A stretch of 64,000 bases of DNA from Candidatus Saccharimonadota bacterium (GCA_024682595.1 JAIKZA010000008.1:10697-74696); one strand, 5' to 3'. Shown: positions 25,775 through 35,587, counted from the stretch's first letter. Numbers and translations: made by a program. Notes: generated by a model not told the origin, from the sequence alone.

Positions 25775-26527
25775 CTAACTAATGAAGTTAGATATCGCAT
25801 CGGCAATTTGTTGAGGTTTTTCGTAATTAATCAAATGTCCAGAGTTGGGAATAATCTTAATTTTACACATATTATCATCAGACATGCGCCGAATCAATTC
25901 TAACGAAGTTAACTTATCTTTGTCGCCAATTATTAATAAATTGTCCTTCTTTGACGAAATAATCGTCTGCGAATGCATGGACATCTTTATATCCGCCATA
26001 ATAGAATTTGCCGACGAGAAGCGCCCAGAGTATCGATAATGTAACTCGTCAATTTGTTCTTGTTTATTTTTGTCGCATGTTAGATAGTGTGATATACAAA
26101 AAGATACTACTCTACTCTTCAGTAAATTGTAGCGAAGTTTATTTGGTAACAACCGCAAAAGAAAAATCAACACAGCGCATATTATATTGCTGACTATTTG
26201 GCCGGTATGAGTTCGAAAGATTGGTGACATTAATACTACTTTTCGGTTCACGTCGTTTGGGTATTTTTCGACATAGTTAGATACGATTATTGAACCCATG
26301 GAATGTTCAGCAATATATGGTTTTGTTTTTAATTTTAGCGATTGAATATAGTCGTGAAGCCACTCAGCGTATCCATCAAGAGTTTTGTTATCTAGCTCCA
26401 AGCGGGTTCCCGATCCGGGCAAATCTGGATTTATTATTTTATATTTACTAGACAATAAGCTCGCAACTTCAATTAATCCATGATGCGTACCGCGCATACC
26501 ATGAATGAGTAAGATAGTTTTTCTCAT
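25775..26527 (-). CDS. Alpha/beta hydrolase
   Basis: LLIHGMRG and EHSMGS nucleophile elbow, with a C-terminal GH motif. Confidence 0.8.
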   Translation of the reverse strand: MRKTILLIHGMRGTHHGLIEVASLLSSKYKIINPDLPGSGTRLELDNKTLDGYAEWLHDYIQSLKLKTKPYIAEHSMGSIIVSNYVEKYPNDVNRKVVLMSPIFRTHTGQIVSNIICAVLIFLLRLLPNKLRYNLLKSRVVSFCISHYLTCDKNKQEQIDELHYRYSGRFSSANSIMADIKMSMHSQTIISSKKDNLLIIGDKDKLTSLELIRRMSDDNMCKIKIIPNSGHLINYEKPQQIADAISNFIS

Positions 26528-27456
26528 AAACTTTCCAGTATTTGGCGCGCCTCGGATATGGTTTTGGTTTGCATTAACTGATCGCGTATTTCGGATGCAC
26601 CTGGAAAATTATTTATATAAATCTTAAAAAAGCGCTTGAGCGGATCGTATGGCGATAAATTATATTTTTCATATAAATCTAAATGGCACTTCATAAGCTC
26701 GATTAGTTCTCCCCTGCTATGGTCACGAGGATTCTTTTCAAAACAAAAAGGATTATGGAATACGCCGCGACCAATCATTATTCCGTCTACGCCCATATCG
26801 ATATATTTTTGTGCATCGCTCGGTTTTTCGATATCGCCATTAATGATTAATACAGTCCCTGGCGATATTTGGTTTTTTAGCGCAATAATATCTGGAATAA
26901 GTTCATAGTGTGCACCAACTTTAGACATTTCTTTTTTGGTACGTAAATGCACAGTAAGCGCAGCGGGCTCTTCCGCTAAAAGAGCTGATAGCCATCCTTT
27001 CCATTCATCAACATGCGTATAGCCAAGGCGAGTTTTTATAGATACTGGTAAGCCAGCTGTTTTTGTTGCGCGAATTATTTGTCGCGCTAGTTCTGGATTA
27101 CGGATAAGCCCTGATCCGCCACCAGTCGCAACAACGTGACGGTCTGGGCAGCCCATATTAATATCTACTGCTGAAAAATCCATTTCCTTCAGCGCCACTG
27201 CAGTTTCCACGAACATTTCTGGCTTTGTCCCCCATATTTGAGGTACGATTGGCTGCTCAGATTCTTCGATTCGAAAACGTTCTAATGCGTTGTGTCGCCC
27301 TTTCTCGCTCGTATAACTATTCACATTTGTAAACTCGGTATAAAAAATATCTGGCCTTGCAGCTTTTGCGACAACTTGACGAAAAGCAATATCCGTAACA
27401 CCCTCCATTGGTGCTAATATCGTAAAACCTGGTTTAAATTTTTTCCAAAAATCCAT
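26524..27456 (-). CDS. dus: tRNA-dihydrouridine synthase
   Basis: ILAPMEGVTDIAFRQ, DINMGCP and KTRLG motifs. Confidence 0.9.
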   Translation of the reverse strand: MDFWKKFKPGFTILAPMEGVTDIAFRQVVAKAARPDIFYTEFTNVNSYTSEKGRHNALERFRIEESEQPIVPQIWGTKPEMFVETAVALKEMDFSAVDINMGCPDRHVVATGGGSGLIRNPELARQIIRATKTAGLPVSIKTRLGYTHVDEWKGWLSALLAEEPAALTVHLRTKKEMSKVGAHYELIPDIIALKNQISPGTVLIINGDIEKPSDAQKYIDMGVDGIMIGRGVFHNPFCFEKNPRDHSRGELIELMKCHLDLYEKYNLSPYDPLKRFFKIYINNFPGASEIRDQLMQTKTISEARQILESL

Positions 27457-27477
27457 ATTATTATATATTAGTTCATA

Positions 27478-27506
27478 TTGACATTTTTTGTAAAGTGTTA
27501 TATAAC
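27478..27506 (+). promoter_or_regulatory. Candidate promoter of the lipoprotein gene
   Basis: TTGACA (27478-27483), 17-nt spacer, TATAAC (27501-27506). AAGGTGGTG SD lies 7 nt before the GTG at 27558. Confidence 0.5.
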
Positions 27507-27557
27507 TGATTTAACAATTGTTTTTCTCACTATTTTAAAGAAAGGTGGTGATTATGC

Positions 27558-28448
27558 GTGAGAACAACAAAGATCCTTTCCATTGCATTAACACTACTCT
27601 GCGCGTCACTGACTGCATGCGCAGGGGCAACAAAACCGAATCAGCAGCAGCAGCAGACCGTAAGTCAGCCGGCAGCTGAAGCTCAGCCCGAAGACAACGT
27701 GAGCAGCGTCGGTATCGAATCTCCGGACAACAGCAGAGCCGAAAAAGACAAGGAAGCTCGGGAAGAGCTTTATCCTGAAAAAGAGCCTGAGCATGAAGGC
27801 GACGTCGGTATCGAATCTCCGGACAACAGCAGAGCCGAAAAAGACAAGGAAGCTCGGGAAGAGCTGGAACGCCAGCAGGAAGAAGCCGAAAGGCAGCGCG
27901 AAGAAGAGGAGCGCCAGCAGGAAGAACAGGCATACTCTGGAAACGGCACTTATATCCTGAGTGACGGCACCGAAGTACAAACCGAACATAGGATCGAGGA
28001 CTATATCGAGAAAAATGAGTATCGCGTGAAGAGAGATGGGGTTATAGTTCCTAAACACGAGTTTATTCTTGATGTCGGAAGAATGTGCTACGACATCTTT
28101 GGCTCTGGCGAGCTCGAAGGGGCAGCTGGTTTCGATTTTGAGGGCGGCGGAGTCGAATTCTCAGAGTTCGACAAAAAGAATCTGGCGCACGCAATTACTA
28201 TTGAGGTAAGAGACGCCGACAATTTTGCAGCTTACTCCATCGTAAAGATGTTCGACTGCTCAATGCAGGCAAACTGGCTTCCCGACGACGAGCACGATAT
28301 AAAAGTCGGTGAGTCGTATATGCATTTAGACTTAGCAGTACTTATTTTGTACGGGCTCGAGCAGGCGGAAACCAACCCTAGACGGGATATTTTTGCGGAT
28401 ATCTCGTTTGTAAGCAATTACGGTAGCAAAGACGCTCGACGTTGGTAG
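27558..28448 (+). CDS. Lipoprotein with a duplicated E/K/R-rich segment and an unknown C-terminal domain; compositionally foreign
   Basis: GTG start, signal peptide with lipobox LTAC. Visibly higher G+C than the flanks. Confidence 0.8.
   Translation: MRTTKILSIALTLLCASLTACAGATKPNQQQQQTVSQPAAEAQPEDNVSSVGIESPDNSRAEKDKEAREELYPEKEPEHEGDVGIESPDNSRAEKDKEAREELERQQEEAERQREEEERQQEEQAYSGNGTYILSDGTEVQTEHRIEDYIEKNEYRVKRDGVIVPKHEFILDVGRMCYDIFGSGELEGAAGFDFEGGGVEFSEFDKKNLAHAITIEVRDADNFAAYSIVKMFDCSMQANWLPDDEHDIKVGESYMHLDLAVLILYGLEQAETNPRRDIFADISFVSNYGSKDARRW
27707..27865 (+). repeat. Exact 63-nt direct repeat (27707-27769 and 27803-27865), 96-nt period
   Basis: The two copies are identical. Each encodes VGIESPDNSRAEKDKEAREEL. 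Confidence 0.95.
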
Positions 28449-28479
28449 CCGTAACCGCTAGGAACAACGCAACCATATT

Positions 28480-28506
28480 AGCCTCGCTACAGATGCGAGG
28501 CTTTTT
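28480..28506 (+). terminator. Rho-independent terminator
   Basis: AGCCTCGC / GCGAGGCT stem with a 7-nt loop, then TTTTT. The T-run abuts the stop of the convergent gene. Confidence 0.75.
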
Positions 28507-31376
28507 CATGCTGTGATTTTTTGGTTCTTCTTATCACTCACGAAAGAGTTAATATGTATGATGCCAATTACATGCGTAAAGTTTTCGGTCGATTCAATGG
28601 TTAGTTCAACTTTTGGTTCTTGATAGAAGAGAGGGCCGAGACCTTCTGGTTCATAATTCGCTATAAATATGAGTGCGTTCATTTGAGCTAGAACCGTGCG
28701 AGCTTGTTCTTTGGTCTGCCCAGTACGACGAGCGATGAAGCCAAGCATCGAATTGTCTAGCGGATGCTCTTTTCGGTAATCTTCCATATATGCAACGGCT
28801 TGATTTTTTTCATACACCCCCATAGCCACGCCGAGTTCTTGATCAAGCATATAGCGTTCGCATAAATGGTTTTCTTCGGTATCCTCGGTATAGTAAGACC
28901 CTAAGATTCTAGTTATATTCATAGCCTTGGTTATATTATTAATAGTATCAATAGCGCCGCCAATAACTGGGGTAACACCTAGAAGTGCATCGCCAACCAC
29001 AGATCCAGTATCCCCAGGGCTATAATTTGCTTCGATTGCCGGATCCGGATAACCCAATTCTGCGCCACGATTAGCGTATTCCACATCGCATTTCGCAATA
29101 AAGTTGTCATTATCTTTTTTAATCGGTGGATTGGGATTATTTACGGGGTCATAGTTATCGAATACGCCTTTTTCCTCTAGTCTTTTCATCATTTTCTCAG
29201 TATTCATGCCTATCGTTGAGAAATCTCCCACATATTTAGGCATACAAAATGCGGATGCGTATTTAAAATCATCATTTAGGTAGTTTATTTCTGGGCAGTC
29301 TCCTTCGGATATTAAAGTATCTAAAGAATACGCATGACTAGCCGGCGTCAGTGAAATTAGCGACTTTCCTGCAGTCGACATGAGCACAGCAACCTTCCCC
29401 ATGACACTCTGTGTGCTAAACGAAAGGTTACCAAAAGAGCGCGCAAGAGAACCCATAAATGTATGCTCAGACGAGACATCGAACGGGCTAAGCGTATACC
29501 TATCAATTCGCGCCTGTTCGGCGATGACTTCTTGTTTTGCAAGATTGTATGCGAGTAGAGTCTCGGGAGTCGCAGGCTGCATAGCAACATGCCTAGCTAA
29601 TTCCCCCATAATTATTTCTGAGCCCCACATTAACACGGCACTAGATTCAGGCCCCATCATGAATGACGAAAAATCTCTAGTCATTGCATTTACGGCTTTT
29701 GGTACTAAAACGTCTACTACGGCACCAACTATGAGTGAGATAGATGTTCCTAAGGCAACGCCGGCTAGGAGACCTAGTAATTTTGTTCCGCCAAGAGTTA
29801 CCACATCGCCAACCGCATCAACAACACCAGCAGCAATCTTAGCACCCGTACAAGCTTTGTAGCCAGTGCCGCCATCGATAGTGCTCATGATTCGACGAAA
29901 TTGACTCGGACTAGTAATAAAAGACTTAACGATTGGATCCTCACTAGTAAGCTTTGAGCCGCCAAAAACGGCAGCCATAGGTGAACTACTCATCATAGAA
30001 CCCTCTACTTCAACCTCATCGCCCTCGCCAAATTTCAATATTTTTTTCTCGGACTTAGTAGCATAGTCTGCATATACATCCGCTATCAAATCAAATCCAC
30101 CATCACCGGCTTGCATTCGCTGAACAGCCTCCAAGAAACGTAGCGCCATCACGGCAACTTGCGCCATTTCCATATTTTTTATCATGCTATTTATAGTCGT
30201 AGCAACAGTATAGAGCTGACATCCTCCGTTAACCAGAGTCCCTACAATACTAAAATCCATCCCCTTACCAACTTCTTGTTCAACCATATCGCTAACTTTT
30301 ACCTCAACATCATCCGGGGAGTCTATATCTGTACGAGTACGACCGCTCTCTAGGTACTCCTCCTTTATTGGATTGCCATCATCGTCAACTCGAACTTCGC
30401 CGTCTTTATCGACAGCATCTCTTTCCTCTGTTCTACCACTTTCAACTTCGCCACTCATCTTATGAGTGGATTTATCCAACGCTTCTTGAGAGTTAGTATC
30501 TATTTTTTCTTTCGTTTCATCGAAATCTTTACCATTGTTATCTTCTTGGTTAAGCTCATTCCGCGTAGCTCCAACTCTCCCCTTATATACCTTGGTGCCC
30601 GTTTCTCCGTACGCTACTGGCACGCTACTGCCGACGGTCTTCATGCCAGCATCCAAATCTGCTGCAATCTTTGTATTTGTTGCAACTACAGAATCCATAT
30701 TATCGGCATCAACTTTAACTTCCTCGCCAACCTCGTTTTTGAAATACAGGCTATCCTTGTCGCCTTCGCCTCTAACATCGACACCGGCTTGCGAGAGCTT
30801 AACTTTCATATAGTCCGAGAATTTACTCCATACGCCGCCCTTCGTATTTGTGCCGCTCATAATCCCCTTGATTAGAACTCTACTACGTACTTTGGAAGCA
30901 ATTTCAACTGGGTCAAATGCGCTCTGTAGGTTACTTACTACGCCAGCTAGCATGGCGCTTTGGCTACTAAAGAAAACACTCATACACATCGCTAATATGA
31001 TGAGAATCATGCCGGCCGGTCCAACAACCTTAGCGGTATTCATTAAGCCACCGTTTTTTCTTACATTTCTTATAAAAGTGAAAGCATTCCCCGATACAGA
31101 AGCTGCAACCATTTTAGCCGTCTGGCCTGTGCGATTAGTCCACGTAGCGTCATTTCGGCTAGAGCCATCTTTGTCAGATTGTTGATTTCGTTCGCCCGCA
31201 TCAAGAGTATCTCTTTCTTTTCCGGATTCCTGATTGTCATTATTGTTTCTTCGGGGGTTATGCTCGTAGTCATAAATCCGGTGGTTTGCCCCATCGCCAA
31301 AATCGACGTTTCCGGAGTCCTCAACCTTGTCTATACCGTGACCGGTATAATCACCATAATGACCACCATTATCCAT
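28506..31376 (-). CDS. Large polytopic membrane protein, paralogue of the T4SS-locus protein at 57454-60240
   Basis: Same layout as the paralogue: charged disordered N-terminus, TM helix, large exported domain, central TM cluster and conserved C-terminal blocks (QARIDRYTLSPFDVSSEHTFMGS versus EAEIDRLRRSPLDTSSPNTFLGS). ATG at 31376 preferred; the ORF track starts at GTG 31424. Confidence 0.8.
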   Translation of the reverse strand: MDNGGHYGDYTGHGIDKVEDSGNVDFGDGANHRIYDYEHNPRRNNNDNQESGKERDTLDAGERNQQSDKDGSSRNDATWTNRTGQTAKMVAASVSGNAFTFIRNVRKNGGLMNTAKVVGPAGMILIILAMCMSVFFSSQSAMLAGVVSNLQSAFDPVEIASKVRSRVLIKGIMSGTNTKGGVWSKFSDYMKVKLSQAGVDVRGEGDKDSLYFKNEVGEEVKVDADNMDSVVATNTKIAADLDAGMKTVGSSVPVAYGETGTKVYKGRVGATRNELNQEDNNGKDFDETKEKIDTNSQEALDKSTHKMSGEVESGRTEERDAVDKDGEVRVDDDGNPIKEEYLESGRTRTDIDSPDDVEVKVSDMVEQEVGKGMDFSIVGTLVNGGCQLYTVATTINSMIKNMEMAQVAVMALRFLEAVQRMQAGDGGFDLIADVYADYATKSEKKILKFGEGDEVEVEGSMMSSSPMAAVFGGSKLTSEDPIVKSFITSPSQFRRIMSTIDGGTGYKACTGAKIAAGVVDAVGDVVTLGGTKLLGLLAGVALGTSISLIVGAVVDVLVPKAVNAMTRDFSSFMMGPESSAVLMWGSEIIMGELARHVAMQPATPETLLAYNLAKQEVIAEQARIDRYTLSPFDVSSEHTFMGSLARSFGNLSFSTQSVMGKVAVLMSTAGKSLISLTPASHAYSLDTLISEGDCPEINYLNDDFKYASAFCMPKYVGDFSTIGMNTEKMMKRLEEKGVFDNYDPVNNPNPPIKKDNDNFIAKCDVEYANRGAELGYPDPAIEANYSPGDTGSVVGDALLGVTPVIGGAIDTINNITKAMNITRILGSYYTEDTEENHLCERYMLDQELGVAMGVYEKNQAVAYMEDYRKEHPLDNSMLGFIARRTGQTKEQARTVLAQMNALIFIANYEPEGLGPLFYQEPKVELTIESTENFTHVIGIIHINSFVSDKKNQKITA

Positions 31377-31473
31377 AATTATCCCAATTATAGCATAAAC
31401 AATTTGTAAATATCTAATAAGCACTTGCTTTTTTTATTAGATGATGATTAGATTTAAATAGGAGTGCTATATT

Positions 31474-32079
31474 ATGGCAAAAACAAAAATTCAAACAACA
31501 AGGTCAAATAAACACACCGCCATGATGATAATTGGTGGAGTTTTTCTTGTTGCGGTGCTTTGTTTTGGCGCTTTAGCTGGCATAAAAATGGCAAGCAAGG
31601 ACGAAAAAGTAGTAATTGAAGAAAGCGATATTAATACCGCAAATACAGAAAAGGAACAAAAACAGCCAACTCCCGAATCGGATATTGACAAAAATTACAC
31701 CACCCCAGGAAACGAAGCGAAGGCAAAAAATGACGAACTCGAAAAAAGACAACACCAACAAGTAGAAAGAAATGAGTCTGGTCTAAAGAAAGCAAATGTA
31801 TTATTGCACGATCCTTATGTCGTAGGAGAAAAAACAGTAATTAGTAGTACTATCACGAATATTGTCGAAACCGAGGGAACCTGTAGCTATATATTCACAA
31901 AAGATACTCAGTCCGTAACGAAGATGACTTCAGTATTACCTAATGCAAAAAACACTGTGTGCGAAGCGGTAGTGCTTGAAAAAGGATCACTCAGTTCAGG
32001 AGAATGGAAAGTAAGGCTTGAATATAAATCTAATTTATCGGAGGGCGTGAGTGAAACACAAACTTTTACAATTCAGTAA
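31474..32079 (+). CDS. Hypothetical membrane-anchored exported protein
   Basis: GGAG SD, one TM helix and a Cys-containing beta-rich C-terminus. Confidence 0.6.
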   Translation: MAKTKIQTTRSNKHTAMMIIGGVFLVAVLCFGALAGIKMASKDEKVVIEESDINTANTEKEQKQPTPESDIDKNYTTPGNEAKAKNDELEKRQHQQVERNESGLKKANVLLHDPYVVGEKTVISSTITNIVETEGTCSYIFTKDTQSVTKMTSVLPNAKNTVCEAVVLEKGSLSSGEWKVRLEYKSNLSEGVSETQTFTIQ

Positions 32080-34375
32080 ATTAATAGCCGTAGTAGTATT
32101 TTTGGTAGTATTCTTTGGGCTTGCTGTTAAAAATACACCAGACTCTACCGCTATTAAGGCTACAGATTTTAAGGCTGGGCGCATTATTGATGATGGCGTT
32201 TTTTATAACTCTGGCAGCATGTCGGTAGCGGATATTCAAAATTTTATGGATAGCCACTTGCCGACTTGCGATATGTGGGGCACTCAAAAAATCGGTTACG
32301 GTTATTACATAAAAGGTAAAGCGGTAGATCCAAATATTACTCGCGCAGAATATGCCAGAAAGATGCGCACCGAAGGTGGCGATAGTCGCTATCATGATGC
32401 ACCATATGTTTGTATTAATAAGTACTACGAAAACCCAACTACGCATAAAAACAACTTCGCTACTAGAGGCGTAGCCGAAGAAGGGATGCTTTCAGCCGCA
32501 CAGATTATTTATAATGCAGCAAAAGAATTTAATATTAATCCGCAAGTTCTATTAGTGATGCTGAAGAAAGAAAGCTACGCTTGGGGCGACGATTGGCCAA
32601 CTAAAAATGAGTTCGATACTATAATGGGCTATGCCTGCCCAGATAATGCGGCTTGCGACACGAAATATTATGGTTTTTATAATCAGGTAACTAGGGCAGC
32701 CTGGCAATTAAACTATTACAAAGAGCATATTTATAGCTACAATTATCACCCGTTCACTACGAACAAAATATACTATTCACCGACATATTCTTGTGGTCAA
32801 AAATCGGTCTATATAGAAAATTACGCCACCGCTTCCCTCTATATTTATACTCCTTACACCCCAAACGATGCAGCTCTTAGAAATTACCCCGGCACAGCAA
32901 CTTGTGGTTCATATGGTAATCGAAATTTCTTTATGTATTTTAGCGAATGGTTCGGCAATCCGTTGCTTCCGAGTGAATATGAAAAAATAGAGGAAGCCTA
33001 TGAGTTATTAGGTGGAGAAGAAAAATTTGGCGCTAAAATAGGGACGATTAGTACTAATAAGGCTACTGGCATATATTGGCAACAGTACGAGAACGGATAT
33101 GTCTTAGGCAACTCAACATACGGCTTCCACGAATCATCCGGCAAGATACGTGAAGTATGGCGAAGCTTTGGTTTTGAGGGAGGAAAAATGGGCTTCCCAA
33201 TTGGCGAAATACTAACAAATGAAGAAACTGGTATAACTTACCAGCAATATCAGAACGGGTATATTCTAGGCAACGAAGAACTCGGCTATTACGAGTCGAT
33301 GGGCGGTATATATGAATACTGGAAAGCGAATAATTACGAAAAAGGTAAATTAGGTTTCCCAATTAGTAGTATTAAATCCGAAAGGACTACTGGCGGAGAA
33401 TATCAGCTCTACGAGCATGGAGTCGTGATAGGATCAGCCAAGACTGGCTATTATACTATCAGTGAAGAATATCTTCAAAAGTGGTTAAAGAACCCGTCAG
33501 AGTACGGCCTACCGTCTGAAGACGAAACTAATAAACAATTAACTTTACAAGCCGCCCTATTTACTAGTGATGGGTTCATTATTAGTGGTGGCATCTATAA
33601 GAAATGGCTAAGTCTCGATCTCGGTAAACCAATAGATATATTGAGAAGTAATAAGAATACTGGAATCTACTGGCAGGAATACGAGAAAGGTTACGTTTTG
33701 GGCAATGCAAAGTATGGCTTTTATGAATCATCAGGTCCAATCCGCCAGGTTTGGAAGAGCTTTGGTTTCGAGGGTGGTAAGTTTGGATTCCCAGTAGATG
33801 ACATAAGAACTAACGAAAAGTCTGGCATCATTTACCAGCAATACCAGAAGGGCTACATTGTCGGTAAGGATGATCTTGGTTATTATGAGTCAACTGGTAA
33901 AATACGCGATTACTGGCGTAGATTTAATTTCGAAAACGGAAAGATGGGCTTCCCTATTAGTAACATTAGTACTAATACTAAAACTGGGATTTATTTCCAG
34001 GAGTACGAGAACGGCTTCATACTAGGAAACGACAAATATGGCTATCATGAATCTACTGGTAAAATACGTGAAGTTTGGAGAAGCTTCGGTTTTGAGGGTG
34101 GTAAGTTTGGATTCCCAGTAGATGACATAAGAACTAATACGGCGACGAATATGACCTGGCAGCAATATCAAAACGGCTATATTGTTGGGAATGATAAAGT
34201 TGGATTCTATGAGTCTACCGGCGCGTTACGCGAATATTGGCGCAGAAGCGGCTTCGAGAGCGGAAAGATGGGCTTCCCAACAAGCAACGTAAGAACAAGT
34301 GGTAATTATCAGTATCAGCAATATCAAAATGGTGTTTTATATTATAATACTAAAACCAAAAAATACACTTGGTGA
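32051..34375 (+). CDS. Secreted cell-wall protein: N-terminal domain of about 300 aa (possibly muramidase-like) plus about nine LGFP repeats
   Basis: Signal anchor. Repeated G(K/R)(M/L/F)GFP....T....G..YQ.Y..G.I.......G.YES.G.I...W units. GTG start. Confidence 0.85.
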   Translation: MKHKLLQFSKLIAVVVFLVVFFGLAVKNTPDSTAIKATDFKAGRIIDDGVFYNSGSMSVADIQNFMDSHLPTCDMWGTQKIGYGYYIKGKAVDPNITRAEYARKMRTEGGDSRYHDAPYVCINKYYENPTTHKNNFATRGVAEEGMLSAAQIIYNAAKEFNINPQVLLVMLKKESYAWGDDWPTKNEFDTIMGYACPDNAACDTKYYGFYNQVTRAAWQLNYYKEHIYSYNYHPFTTNKIYYSPTYSCGQKSVYIENYATASLYIYTPYTPNDAALRNYPGTATCGSYGNRNFFMYFSEWFGNPLLPSEYEKIEEAYELLGGEEKFGAKIGTISTNKATGIYWQQYENGYVLGNSTYGFHESSGKIREVWRSFGFEGGKMGFPIGEILTNEETGITYQQYQNGYILGNEELGYYESMGGIYEYWKANNYEKGKLGFPISSIKSERTTGGEYQLYEHGVVIGSAKTGYYTISEEYLQKWLKNPSEYGLPSEDETNKQLTLQAALFTSDGFIISGGIYKKWLSLDLGKPIDILRSNKNTGIYWQEYEKGYVLGNAKYGFYESSGPIRQVWKSFGFEGGKFGFPVDDIRTNEKSGIIYQQYQKGYIVGKDDLGYYESTGKIRDYWRRFNFENGKMGFPISNISTNTKTGIYFQEYENGFILGNDKYGYHESTGKIREVWRSFGFEGGKFGFPVDDIRTNTATNMTWQQYQNGYIVGNDKVGFYESTGALREYWRRSGFESGKMGFPTSNVRTSGNYQYQQYQNGVLYYNTKTKKYTW

Positions 34376-34435
34376 ACTACTCAGTTTATATTCCATGCTT
34401 CCTAATGGCGAAATATAGGCTATGTCTGTTAAAAT

Positions 34436-35587
34436 ATGAAGGAAATGCCTACATTAAAGCGTAAAATACTATTTACTTCTCATACGGCTAATTTTCATAA
34501 GTTCAACCGAGCTCCCATGCGAATGCTGCGCGGAAAACTCGAAGCCCCATATGATGACCTTAACATAGGTGGATGGAGCGTAGATTACGCAAGTGCTAAT
34601 GAGGAAAAAGTATATGACGTTAATCGTGTTTTTGAGGTGGATTTTGCGCGCAATCCATTACAGATTCATAAGCTCATAAAATCCTATTCTCAGCTAAAAA
34701 CCATGTTACGCGAGAATAATTACGATGCGATTCACACTCATACGCCAGTCGGATCAGTAATTACTCGTTTGGCTGCAAAATCATTGCGCAAAAAAGGTAA
34801 TTTAAAAGTTATCTACACTTGCCATGGGTTTCATTTTTATAAAGGCGCGCCGAAGCTAAATTGGCTGATTTATTACAGTATTGAAAAAATGATGGCGAGG
34901 TATACGGATTTACTAATCACAATCAATACCGAAGACTACAAATGCGCAAAAAAGCATTTTTCTTGCCCAGTTAAATTAATTAACGGCGTCGGTATCGACA
35001 CAACGAAGTTTAATACTAAACTAAGTGAATCTAAGAAATCATCTCTCAGAAAAGAGATAGGATTAAAAGATGACGATTTTACCGTTGTGTATGTGGCGGA
35101 GTTTACGAAAAACAAAAATCACAAAATGTTACTAGAGAGCATCGCCGGCCCTATGCACAAAAATAAAAATCTAAAATTAGTGCTGCTCGGAGTTGGCAAG
35201 ATGTTTAATGCAATGAGAGTTTTAGCAAAAAAGCTCGGCATTGATAATCAGGTCTTGTTTCTAGGATATCGAAACGACGTGCACGAAGTATTACAGTGTT
35301 GCGATTTATGCGTCTCCACGAGTATTCGAGAAGGCTTAGGTCTAGGTGTTTTAGAGGCTATTCTATGCGGCTGTAGCGTATTAATATCTAACAATCGTGG
35401 ACATCGGGATATAGTGGATGGTAATAAAAAATACCTATTCGAACTAGGCGATAATAATGCGTTAGAAAAGAAAATAATAAAAGCGATCAAGAACCCAGAA
35501 GAATATAATATAAAGTTTTCGGAAAAGTTTTCCTTGCGCTCTTCCCTAACGGCCATGAGAGAAATATATGAGGAATTATTAGGATGA
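34436..35587 (+). CDS. GT4 glycosyltransferase
   Basis: GT-B fold with the REGLGLGVLEAILCG motif. Confidence 0.8.
   Translation: MKEMPTLKRKILFTSHTANFHKFNRAPMRMLRGKLEAPYDDLNIGGWSVDYASANEEKVYDVNRVFEVDFARNPLQIHKLIKSYSQLKTMLRENNYDAIHTHTPVGSVITRLAAKSLRKKGNLKVIYTCHGFHFYKGAPKLNWLIYYSIEKMMARYTDLLITINTEDYKCAKKHFSCPVKLINGVGIDTTKFNTKLSESKKSSLRKEIGLKDDDFTVVYVAEFTKNKNHKMLLESIAGPMHKNKNLKLVLLGVGKMFNAMRVLAKKLGIDNQVLFLGYRNDVHEVLQCCDLCVSTSIREGLGLGVLEAILCGCSVLISNNRGHRDIVDGNKKYLFELGDNNALEKKIIKAIKNPEEYNIKFSEKFSLRSSLTAMREIYEELLG

Noticed and set aside
27554-27556. ATG at 27554 as the lipoprotein start
   Set aside because: That frame terminates after about 40 codons. The GTG at 27558 is better spaced from the SD and yields a signal peptide with a lipobox.
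27535-28058. 132-aa and 150-aa minus-strand ORFs opposite the lipoprotein gene
   Set aside because: They are shadow ORFs created by the locally high G+C and the internal repeat. They are low-complexity, have no start signals, and the plus-strand gene has a promoter, SD, lipobox and terminator.
29380-31409. Multiple 60-160-aa plus-strand ORFs inside the 972-aa membrane protein gene
   Set aside because: They are antisense to a long ORF that has a clear paralogue, and they have no start signals.
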